Of a stretch of 64,000 nucleotides of DNA, positions 47,696 to 56,204 are shown one piece after another (position 1 is the stretch's first letter; each line of letters begins with the position of its first letter). A model generated the notes under the pieces. The model saw only the letters and a list, made by a program, of their open reading frames with translations. It did no database searches and was not told the DNA's origin. Both the position numbers and the translations under genes were made by a program. This DNA is from Endomicrobiales bacterium (GTDB lineage: Bacteria; Elusimicrobiota; Endomicrobiia; Endomicrobiales; JALOBY01): the NCBI GenBank assembly GCA_963796955.1, contig CAWCNJ010000008.1:320001-384000 (forward strand). The letters are read 5' to 3'.

Positions 47696-50600
47696 ATGTG
47701 CGGAATTTGCGGATTTGCAGGCACACATAACCCGGAACTGCTTAGACGTATGGCCACGAGCATTTTCCATCGAGGTCCTGATGGCGAGGGGTTATTCGAG
47801 GATGGAGAACGGGTCGGTCTGGGTATGCGCCGCCTTGCCATCATTGATATTGCCGGCGGAAATCAACCGATATACAATGAGGATAAGACCTTAGCCGTTG
47901 TTTTTAACGGCGAGATATACAACTATAGGGAATTGCGCGACAGGCTGATCTCAAAAGGTCACAGGTTCTCAACGAATTCCGACACCGAGACGATCGTGCA
48001 CGCATACGAGGAATATGGCGACAGCTGTTCATCGCATTTTCGCGGTATGTTCGCTTTCGCCATATGGGACACCCGCAATAAAAGACTTTTTATCGGACGA
48101 GATCATTTCGGCATTAAACCTCTCTACTACGCAGAGCTGGGCGGTCAACTATATTTCGGTTCCGAGATCAAATGCCTTCTGCAGCACGCTCCGCTCAACA
48201 CCGGCATGGATTACAACGCCCTGGACAATTATTTTTCTCTCACCTACATTCCCGAACCTCTTTCGGCTTTTAAGGGGGTTCGCAAGCTTCCACCGGCGCA
48301 CAACCTGATCTGGCAAAACGGCAAGATTACCATTAAGAGCTACTGGTCTGTACCAGCATACAGCCCCGGCCCGCGTTTGAGCGACAAGGAACATGCCGCT
48401 GCCGTAACACAGATGTTGATAAATTCTCTGGCAGAACAAAAGGTGGCGGATGTTCCACTTGGCGTATTCCTTTCTGGGGGTCTGGACTCAAGCGCGATAG
48501 TGGCTTTTCTTTTCCAGCAACTGAAAATACCGGTCAAATCATTTTCGATCGGATATCAGTCGGCGGATATGTCCTACGACGAGACAGCAAAGGCGCGCCT
48601 GATCGCGCGTTACTTCGGTTGCGAGCATCATGAACATATCGTAAACCCCAATGCATGTGAAATACTCCCGCTGCTTGCGGCCCATTTCGACGAGCCTTTT
48701 GCAGATTCATCCGCGATCCCTACCTATTTAGTTTCACGGGAGGCCCGCAAGCATATTACCGTAGCCCTTACCGGCATCGGAGGCGACGAGATCTTTGCCG
48801 GCTACCCGCGCTACATGGGCGCCCAGTTATCGCAAGACTACGCCCGGTTGCCGCTCTTTCTACGGCGCGGCATAGCCTCTGCAAGTAGATTGGTACCGGA
48901 AACAAGAGCCAGCCGCAATATCGGCGGGTGGATCAGGCGTTTCGCTGCCGGCGGCACCATGCCATTTTCGCAGCGGTACGCATTTTGGGTTACGTTCCTG
49001 CACGAAAAAGATAAACAGGCTCTCTACACCCCACAATTTTCCGAACAATGCGCTGGCAACGACTACCTTTCATCCGCCTTTGTCAGTGGTCTTAACGACC
49101 CTGATGATCTTTTCAAGCACGATATCAATACTTATTTAAGCGACGATCTGCTGTGCCTTGCGGACCGCTCTTCCATGGCCGCCTCACTTGAACTGCGCGT
49201 TCCATTTCTCGATGTGCGTTTAGTGGAGTACATGAGCCGCATCTCACTCGCCGACAAAACGCACGGGAGGCGACTTAAGAACCTGCTTAAGATCGCGCTC
49301 TCTGATGTTTTACCGCAATCAATATTACAGCAAAAAAAACAGGGCTTTCAGATACCTATCGGACGCTGGATAAATACAGACCTTAAGGATATGGTTGACG
49401 ACCTGCTGAGCCCCGCCATGCTGGCTCGCGACGGTTTCTTTAATTCATCGGCTGTCATGAAAATGCTCTCAGACCACAGGAGCGGTTACCGCAACTTCAC
49501 GGACCAGATATATTCCCTTGTAATGTTTCAGCTTTGGCAGATAAACATGAAAAAGCTGTATGCATCGTCAGGCAGAACCTCGCCGGCAGAGACTTACACA
49601 TGCGCCACAAACAAAATATCACTTGACGCGCAGCTCAATACCAATCCGCGTAACAATATTCTGCTGATAAATATCGCCGGCATCGGCGACTTCCTCGAAT
49701 CGCAAAAAAGCATCGCCGCTATCCGTGAAAGTTACCCTTCTGCACATATAACGCTGTTGGTTTCCACAAAAGTTGCTGAGTATGCCGCAGCCTGTAAACT
49801 TGCCGATGAAATACGAGTATTCCCGGTAAGGCACGGACGTGGCCACGGCAGGCTTTTCAGCAGGGAGACGCTTAAGCTTATCAAGCTTATCGGCATCCTT
49901 AAAGAACGGCGCTATAACACTGCCATCAATTTTTCGGAGATCAGCACATGGGCCGGCGCGCTGCGTATGTACATACTGCTGCTGGTGCTTGGTATCAAGG
50001 AAACCTACGGCCGCAATACTAATGGGCGGGGTTTCTTCATGAAATACGCCATCCCCGATATGCCTGACGATAATCACGGTCAGCACTGGTACTTTGCAAA
50101 ACTGGTGGAGCTATTCACGGGCAGACAATCACTCAGAGAGCACAAAACGTGTATAACCGCTACAGACACAGGATCCGTTGGAACTTTTCTAAAAAGACAC
50201 AACGTTGATGCCTCAGCTCGACTGCTTATAATCAGCCCGGGTTCTGACCGGCTTACCAGGCGCTGGCAGGCCGATCGGTTCGCAAAAGCCGCAGATAGTA
50301 TTGCCGTCAAACATGACCTCACTACTATTATTGTCGGCAGTGCGAACGAACGGCAAACAGCCGAGGAGGTCCGCTCCGCCATGAAAACGACTTCGATCAA
50401 TGGGGCAGGTGAGTTTTCCATAAGCGGCACCCTTGCTTTAATAGCTGGCGCAAAATTAGTTATCTGCACTAACAGCGCACTCATGCACATGGCTGGCATA
50501 ATGTCCGTGCCATTCGTGGCGATAGCAGGCTCCGGCGACATACCGCGGGACACCCCGGACGGCGATGAAAACCATATGAGGCTGTTAAAAATACCCATAC

Positions 50601-50713
50601 CCTGCAGTCCCTGCTATAATTATAGCTGCCGGCGTCTTAAAACCAATGAGTGCATGCAAATGATAACTGTCGAGCAGGTAATTGCCGCATGCGAAGAGGT
50701 GCTTCGATCATGA
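47696..50713 (+). CDS. asnB: Asparagine synthase (glutamine-hydrolysing)-type amidotransferase fused to a C-terminal GT9 domain
   Basis: MCGICG Ntn start, HRGPD, RRLAIID, FNGEIYN, RDHFGIKPLYY, FLSGGLDSS, GIGGDE.FAGY, E.RVPFLD, KKQGF. From about residue 650: LLINIAGIGDF, SPGS....RRW, NSALMHMA (GT9). Confidence 0.85.
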   Translation: MCGICGFAGTHNPELLRRMATSIFHRGPDGEGLFEDGERVGLGMRRLAIIDIAGGNQPIYNEDKTLAVVFNGEIYNYRELRDRLISKGHRFSTNSDTETIVHAYEEYGDSCSSHFRGMFAFAIWDTRNKRLFIGRDHFGIKPLYYAELGGQLYFGSEIKCLLQHAPLNTGMDYNALDNYFSLTYIPEPLSAFKGVRKLPPAHNLIWQNGKITIKSYWSVPAYSPGPRLSDKEHAAAVTQMLINSLAEQKVADVPLGVFLSGGLDSSAIVAFLFQQLKIPVKSFSIGYQSADMSYDETAKARLIARYFGCEHHEHIVNPNACEILPLLAAHFDEPFADSSAIPTYLVSREARKHITVALTGIGGDEIFAGYPRYMGAQLSQDYARLPLFLRRGIASASRLVPETRASRNIGGWIRRFAAGGTMPFSQRYAFWVTFLHEKDKQALYTPQFSEQCAGNDYLSSAFVSGLNDPDDLFKHDINTYLSDDLLCLADRSSMAASLELRVPFLDVRLVEYMSRISLADKTHGRRLKNLLKIALSDVLPQSILQQKKQGFQIPIGRWINTDLKDMVDDLLSPAMLARDGFFNSSAVMKMLSDHRSGYRNFTDQIYSLVMFQLWQINMKKLYASSGRTSPAETYTCATNKISLDAQLNTNPRNNILLINIAGIGDFLESQKSIAAIRESYPSAHITLLVSTKVAEYAAACKLADEIRVFPVRHGRGHGRLFSRETLKLIKLIGILKERRYNTAINFSEISTWAGALRMYILLLVLGIKETYGRNTNGRGFFMKYAIPDMPDDNHGQHWYFAKLVELFTGRQSLREHKTCITATDTGSVGTFLKRHNVDASARLLIISPGSDRLTRRWQADRFAKAADSIAVKHDLTTIIVGSANERQTAEEVRSAMKTTSINGAGEFSISGTLALIAGAKLVICTNSALMHMAGIMSVPFVAIAGSGDIPRDTPDGDENHMRLLKIPIPCSPCYNYSCRRLKTNECMQMITVEQVIAACEEVLRS

Positions 50714-50737
50714 GAACTATTATCCAACGACTACCAC

Positions 50738-51592
50738 ATGAAAAATAAGGAGACTTTTATGACACCCTGCCCTTTTTGCGACTCAACTACTTCGAAAACG
50801 ATTGCTTTCTCCTGGGTGCGTTGTTGCGGTTGCGGACTTGGGTTTAACCCCACCGGCTACGTGCCAACCAACGTCGCAACATCCGATGAAGACAGACAAG
50901 TCGTCTGGCATGATTCAGTCGATAAAATTAATATCAACGGCCTCTCAAAAATAGAATCAGTATTGGGACACAAAGGCAAACTTTTGGACCTTGGCTGTGG
51001 TCATGGTAATTTCATGAAAATGGCGATTGAAAACGGATGGGAAGCGGAAGGCATAGAGGTTTCAGAGCCGGCCATCCGTCAGGCACGTGACGTGTTTAAG
51101 CTGAAGGTTTACGACAAACCGCTCGAGTTCCTTTCCATACCGGAAAAAACCTACGACGCCGTTACTCTATGGCGTGTTCTGGACCTGCTGCCTGAACCGA
51201 GAAAAGAACTTGAAAGGATCAACAAGATACTCAAGCCCGGCGGAGTTATCTGGCTGCGTATCAACAATTTTGATTTCCACTACCCTGCATTCCGTTTAGG
51301 ACAACTACCGTTGCTCAAGGGAAACGTTCACCCGGGCGTGGTTCACCGTTATGGAATTAATGCCCGTGCATTACGGACCGTACTTGCTAACACTGGATTT
51401 ACCGGCATAACTATTTTGAATTCAGAACTGAGCAGCGGAGACCCGTATTCTTCAGGCGGCAATTTCGGGACCGCCCTGGTAGTTGTAACAAAGAAATTTC
51501 TCTTTGCCTTCTGGCAATTGGCAGCAAAGCTTTCGGCCAACCGTATACTGTGGTCATCTTCATTAAAGTGCTGGGCGCGGAGACCTAAATGA
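50738..51592 (+). CDS. Class I SAM-dependent methyltransferase with N-terminal Cys motif
   Basis: CPFC...CCGCG; LLDLGCGHG; GIE.S; ILKPGG. Confidence 0.85.
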   Translation: MKNKETFMTPCPFCDSTTSKTIAFSWVRCCGCGLGFNPTGYVPTNVATSDEDRQVVWHDSVDKININGLSKIESVLGHKGKLLDLGCGHGNFMKMAIENGWEAEGIEVSEPAIRQARDVFKLKVYDKPLEFLSIPEKTYDAVTLWRVLDLLPEPRKELERINKILKPGGVIWLRINNFDFHYPAFRLGQLPLLKGNVHPGVVHRYGINARALRTVLANTGFTGITILNSELSSGDPYSSGGNFGTALVVVTKKFLFAFWQLAAKLSANRILWSSSLKCWARRPK

Positions 51593-52743
51593 CTGTTAAA
51601 CTACTTCATCTTATAACCCGTCTCGACACAGGCGGATCCGCCGAAAATGCTGTTATCACCAGCACATGCCTGAACAGAGAAAAATATGACATGCTTCTAA
51701 TTTACGGTCGCTCTGAAGAAACCCCGCGAGATTTTCAATTTCGTTCTATGGAGATGCCAAACCTTGTACGTAATATTTCACCAATAACCGATATAGGGGC
51801 ATTTATAAGTCTTTACAAGCTGTTCAAAAAAGAAAAACCCGACATCCTGCATACCCATTCATCAAAAGCAGGCTTTCTGGGACGCTGGGCAGGATGGCTT
51901 GCAGGTGTCCCGCGCATTATACACACGCCGCACGGCCATGTTTTCTACGGCTACGAATTTGGCCCGTTAAAGGCCGCCTTCTATTTGTGGCTGGAACGCA
52001 TCAGCGCGCTCATTACCTATAAGCTTGTTGCCCTTACCGACGGCGAGAAACAGGAATCTCTTGCCTGCGGCGTAGGCAAAGACGAACAGTGGACGATCAT
52101 CCATAGCGGTGTTGATACGCATGTCTGCCTTCCCTGTGGCGATGCTGCGGCAAGAAAAGAAATGGGTATACCGCAAAACGCCCTGGTGATAGGCACTGTG
52201 GCACGGCTGGAACCGGTCAAAGGCGTACGGTTCCTTATTGAATGTTTTCCGACGGTCATGTATGCCGGCAATCCCAACGTGCATCTGGTCATCGCCGGTG
52301 ATGGACAGGAACGCAAGATGCTTGAAGCACTCACAAAGAAATTGGATATTTTCCGCAGTGTAACATTCCTCGGTATGCGCTCCGACATCAGTAAAGTAAT
52401 GTCGACGATGGACATCTACGTTCAGCCGTCGTTGAACGAAGGTATGGGAAAAACCATTATCCAGGCACAAGCCTCCGGTTTACCGGTAGTCGCGACCAGA
52501 GTGCAGGGAATACCGAACGCCGTTAAGGAACATGAAACGGCGATACTTGTGGCACCCGGTGATGCACAGGCTCTGGCACGAGGCATACTTGCCCTTGTAA
52601 ACGCCCCGGAAACCAGAAAATGTTATGGAATACGCGCGAAGGAATGGGTGAATGAAGAACCCGAGCCGGGTTTTGAACGCTTCTGTTCGCCCTACATGGT
52701 AGCACTTCAGGAAAGGCTTTATGACTCAGCGACCATACGCTAA
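51589..52743 (+). CDS. GT4 glycosyltransferase
   Basis: ITRLDTGG, HTHSSKAG.LGR, HTPHGH, ARLEPVKG, EGMGKTIIQA (second Glu of EX7E replaced by Gln). Confidence 0.9.
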   Translation: MTVKLLHLITRLDTGGSAENAVITSTCLNREKYDMLLIYGRSEETPRDFQFRSMEMPNLVRNISPITDIGAFISLYKLFKKEKPDILHTHSSKAGFLGRWAGWLAGVPRIIHTPHGHVFYGYEFGPLKAAFYLWLERISALITYKLVALTDGEKQESLACGVGKDEQWTIIHSGVDTHVCLPCGDAAARKEMGIPQNALVIGTVARLEPVKGVRFLIECFPTVMYAGNPNVHLVIAGDGQERKMLEALTKKLDIFRSVTFLGMRSDISKVMSTMDIYVQPSLNEGMGKTIIQAQASGLPVVATRVQGIPNAVKEHETAILVAPGDAQALARGILALVNAPETRKCYGIRAKEWVNEEPEPGFERFCSPYMVALQERLYDSATIR

Positions 52744-54034
52744 TTTTTTTCACATTTCACTTTTTTCTTTGTTCACCGCTCTGATTATTTCTGTGGTGTC
52801 ACCCGGCGCAGGCGGTGCTACAAAAGAGTACATTGTTCTTTCCTGCGCCGTGCACATTCATTCAACTTTCAGCGGCAAAGAGTTCAGCCTGGAGAGAATT
52901 GTGAAGGATGCTCGTGCGGCCAATATAGACTCTCTCATATTTACCGACCACGACATTATGCGCTGGGAATACGGCATTTGGCCGCTTACGTCGCTGCTGA
53001 AGCGCACGATAGAGCGGCCTTCGGTCATCTCGGCGGGTCCCGAACGCTACCTGGGCGAAATTAAGAACCTACAGGAAAAGAACCCTGATATCATACTGAT
53101 CCCCGGCGTTGAATCCACCGCGTTCTATTACTGGACAGGCAGCCCGTTCGATAAAAGCCTTGTGCTTAACAGCTGGCACAAGCATATCCTCGTCCTGGGA
53201 ATGCCCGAGCCGGAACAATACCGGCTGCTACCGGTGGTTTCCAACTCTCACGCGAAAAACAATCCATTCGACCAATATCACGGCGACCAGGGGGACAAAC
53301 CATACCAGGCTCTGATAGATTATGCCAATGCTAATGACGCGCTTACCTACTGGGCTCATCCTGAAGCACCGAACTGGGAAAAACCTATTCAGATAGGACC
53401 TATCAAGATCGAGACGAAGCAATATGCTTCATCCCTGATGCACACAAAAGAATATACGGGCTTCGCTATTTTCGCTGAAGGTATGCGCAAAGCAGGCCAG
53501 CCTGGCAATGAGTGGGACAAAACACTTCAGGAATATTGCCGTGGCGCAAGGACACAACCCGTTTTTGTGATTGGCGAGCTGGACTACGGCGAAGATAAAT
53601 CGTACCGGCTTGATGAAATAACTAACATGATCTACGTTAAGGACAGATCCGCCAAAGATATCATCGCATCATTGAAGGGCGGGAAAAACTATGTACGATG
53701 GGCTCCGCATGGCGCGAAGTGGAACCTGGATATGCCTTCGTTTTTTACACAGTCCGGAGAGATCAAGGCGCTCTGTGGTGAAACAATACACGCCGCAGGC
53801 CGGCCGAAGATCTTTATAACACTCTCAGCATCCGACTTCAAACAGCACCCGGTAACGATACGCATTGTCCGTAATGGGAAACTTTACACTACGCTTGAAG
53901 GGTCAGCGCCGAACACAATAATATATGAAGACCCTGCCTCGCTGGATCAGAAATTGAGTTATTACCGCGTATTAATAGATGACCCCGCAGGCAACCGCAT
54001 TGCCACAAACCCCGTCTTCATTTCAAAAAACTAA
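52721..54034 (+). CDS. Exported/membrane-anchored PHP-like metallohydrolase with C-terminal Ig-like domain
   Basis: N-terminal hydrophobic segment; HIHS, FTDHD, PGVE, WAHP metal motifs; C-terminal YYRV...A.TNPVF. Confidence 0.7.
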   Translation: MTQRPYANFFHISLFSLFTALIISVVSPGAGGATKEYIVLSCAVHIHSTFSGKEFSLERIVKDARAANIDSLIFTDHDIMRWEYGIWPLTSLLKRTIERPSVISAGPERYLGEIKNLQEKNPDIILIPGVESTAFYYWTGSPFDKSLVLNSWHKHILVLGMPEPEQYRLLPVVSNSHAKNNPFDQYHGDQGDKPYQALIDYANANDALTYWAHPEAPNWEKPIQIGPIKIETKQYASSLMHTKEYTGFAIFAEGMRKAGQPGNEWDKTLQEYCRGARTQPVFVIGELDYGEDKSYRLDEITNMIYVKDRSAKDIIASLKGGKNYVRWAPHGAKWNLDMPSFFTQSGEIKALCGETIHAAGRPKIFITLSASDFKQHPVTIRIVRNGKLYTTLEGSAPNTIIYEDPASLDQKLSYYRVLIDDPAGNRIATNPVFISKN

Positions 54035-54053
54035 TGCGATTTTGTATGATTTT

Positions 54054-54062
54054 TGTTATACT
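54054..54062 (+). promoter_or_regulatory. Extended -10 promoter element (TGnTATACT), leaderless configuration
   Basis: TGTTATACT ends 6 nt before ATG 54069; no Shine-Dalgarno. Confidence 0.55.
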
Positions 54063-54068
54063 ATCAGT

Positions 54069-54755
54069 ATGATAGTAGCAGTACATCAACCTCAGTACCT
54101 TCCATGGCTTGGCTACTTCCACAAAATCGCTCGATGCGATCTCTTCATTTTTCTGGATGACGTGCAGTACAAAAAACGCGAGTTCCAGAACCGTAACAAA
54201 ATTAAAACACCGGGCGGGCCCCTGTGGCTTACCGTGCCGGTGCTTACCAAGGGCGCCTACTCTCAAAATATAATGGAAGTAAAAACGGACCCCACTGAAA
54301 CACACTGGGAAACCAGCCATTGGAAATCGATAGAACTTAATTATAGACACAGCCCCTTCTTTAACGAACATGCACAGTTCTTTTCCGACCTTTACACAAA
54401 AAAATGGGATTCTCTTATGAACATTTCCCTGGAGATCATCCGCTACACTTCAAACTATCTCGGCATAAAAACACCGGTCAGAATGTCCTCTGAATTCGCC
54501 GTAACCACCACCTCAACCCAACGCATTATAGACCTTTGCAAGGCAACGAAAGCAGATACCTATCTTTCCGGAGCGGGCGGCAGGGACTATATGGACACCG
54601 GCCTGTTCGCCGCCCAGGAACTAGGCCTGGAGTTCCAGCAGTTTACACACCCCGAATACGCTCAGCAGCACGGAAAATTCGAGCCGTATCTTTCAATAAT
54701 AGACCTGTTGTTCAACTGCGGGCCGGACAGCAGAAAACTACTACTGGGAAACTAA
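54069..54755 (+). CDS. wbqC: WbqC family protein (putative glycyltransferase)
   Basis: HQPQYLPWLGYF.KI...D.FIFLDDVQY....FQNRN.I, WLTVPV, YLSG.GG.DY, LSIIDLLFN.G; start reassigned to ATG 54069. Confidence 0.9.
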   Translation: MIVAVHQPQYLPWLGYFHKIARCDLFIFLDDVQYKKREFQNRNKIKTPGGPLWLTVPVLTKGAYSQNIMEVKTDPTETHWETSHWKSIELNYRHSPFFNEHAQFFSDLYTKKWDSLMNISLEIIRYTSNYLGIKTPVRMSSEFAVTTTSTQRIIDLCKATKADTYLSGAGGRDYMDTGLFAAQELGLEFQQFTHPEYAQQHGKFEPYLSIIDLLFNCGPDSRKLLLGN

Positions 54756-54756
54756 C

Positions 54757-55557
54757 ATGTACGAAAAGTATTGGAACTTCAGAGAAAAGCCGTTCGAGAA
54801 TACGCCCGACTACAGATTCCTTTTCAATTCTCCACAGCACGAAGAAGGCTTCAGCCGTATGATGTATGTGGTCAAGGAATCTAAGGGCGCAGGCCTGCTT
54901 ACCGGCGTGTACGGCTGCGGAAAGACCATGCTCGCACGCACGCTGATGAAAGAGCTGGAAAATTCTATCTATAAAGTAGCACTGCTTACCAACCCACGGC
55001 TGGACGATATAGAAATGCTGCGCATGATCGCCTATTACCTCGGAGTTTCCACACCGCCGACCCGCAAAGCCGACATCCTGATTGCCCTTGAGACCGCGCT
55101 GATGAACAACCTTAACGACGGCAAGAAAACCGTTATCGTGATAGACGAAGCCCACGCCATAGAAGACCGTAATATTTTCGAAGAGATACGCCTGCTGCTG
55201 AACTTTCAGAAAGACGATAAATTCCTGCTGACGCTGTTGATACTGGGCCAGCCGGAGCTGCGGGAAAAAGTGGAAAGCAACAAACAGCTGAACCAGCGCA
55301 TCGCGATGCGCTTTTATCTGGAAGCCCTTAACCGCACTGAAACCGCGCAGTATATTAAACACCGCCTCACTATCGGTTCAGGCAACCCGGCGATATTCAA
55401 CGAAGAAGCGATAGACCTGATCCACGAACGTTCAGGCGGCATTCCCCGGCGTATCAACCAGCTGTGCGATACCTGCCTGCTGACAGGCTTCGGCCTTGGG
55501 GCCCCGGGCATAGACCGCAAGATAGTCGACGAAACGATAAAGAGCATGTCCCTTTAA
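54757..55557 (+). CDS. ExeA/GspA-family AAA+ ATPase, stand-alone
   Basis: MYEKYW.F.EKPF..TPD..FLF...H; Walker A G.YGCGKT; VIVIDEAH; LLILGQPEL; QRI; SGGIPR.IN.LCD. Confidence 0.9.
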   Translation: MYEKYWNFREKPFENTPDYRFLFNSPQHEEGFSRMMYVVKESKGAGLLTGVYGCGKTMLARTLMKELENSIYKVALLTNPRLDDIEMLRMIAYYLGVSTPPTRKADILIALETALMNNLNDGKKTVIVIDEAHAIEDRNIFEEIRLLLNFQKDDKFLLTLLILGQPELREKVESNKQLNQRIAMRFYLEALNRTETAQYIKHRLTIGSGNPAIFNEEAIDLIHERSGGIPRRINQLCDTCLLTGFGLGAPGIDRKIVDETIKSMSL

Positions 55558-55575
55558 CCTGCAAGGAGATCGATA

Positions 55576-56202
55576 ATGAAGATCATTGCTATCGGCGCGC
55601 ACCCTGATGATCTGGAGTATGGCTGTGGCGGCACGTTGATCAAGATGGCAAAGAAAAAATTCGAGATCAATTTAATGATCATGACCCGCGGCGAGATGGG
55701 CGGTAACCCCGACCTGCGCCAAAAAGAGCAGGAACAGGTGGCAAAAAAGCTTCACGCGAACCTTTTCTGGGGCCGTTTTAACGACACGCAGATACCTCTT
55801 GAAAAACAAACCATCAACACGATCGAATATTTTATAAAACGCCTAAAACCCGACCTGATATTCTGCCTTCATCCGCAGGACACCCATCAGGACCATCGCA
55901 CCGTCGCGCAGGCAACCATTACGGCCACTCGCTATGTAAAGAACGTGCTTTTCTATGAAGTGCCCACCAGCACGGATTTCAGGCCAGCCAGCATATTCTC
56001 CGATCTGACCGGTGTTATCAACCAGAAGGTAGAACTATTGAAATTACACAAATCACAGGTTTTTTCCACTCGTATCGCCGACTTAAGCATTCTGGACGCG
56101 GCAAAATCCACCGCGCAGTTCCGCGGTATGCAAAACCGGGTGCGCTACGCCGAAGCTTTTGTGCCGCTGAGAATTTCACTGGACACCTTGAGGCCCTTTT
56201 AA
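55576..56202 (+). CDS. PIG-L family deacetylase
   Basis: IGAHPDDLE.GCGGT, R..E, D.HQDH, H.SQ, AEAF. Confidence 0.9.
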   Translation: MKIIAIGAHPDDLEYGCGGTLIKMAKKKFEINLMIMTRGEMGGNPDLRQKEQEQVAKKLHANLFWGRFNDTQIPLEKQTINTIEYFIKRLKPDLIFCLHPQDTHQDHRTVAQATITATRYVKNVLFYEVPTSTDFRPASIFSDLTGVINQKVELLKLHKSQVFSTRIADLSILDAAKSTAQFRGMQNRVRYAEAFVPLRISLDTLRPF

Positions 56203-56204
56203 CA

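Noticed and set aside
24865..50713. Lasso peptide cluster (nucleotidyltransferase + ABC transporter + AsnB-like cyclase)
   Set aside because: AsnB has an intact N-terminal Cys glutaminase domain, lies ~22 kb away among glycosyltransferases, and no precursor, B1/PqqD or B2 protease is visible.
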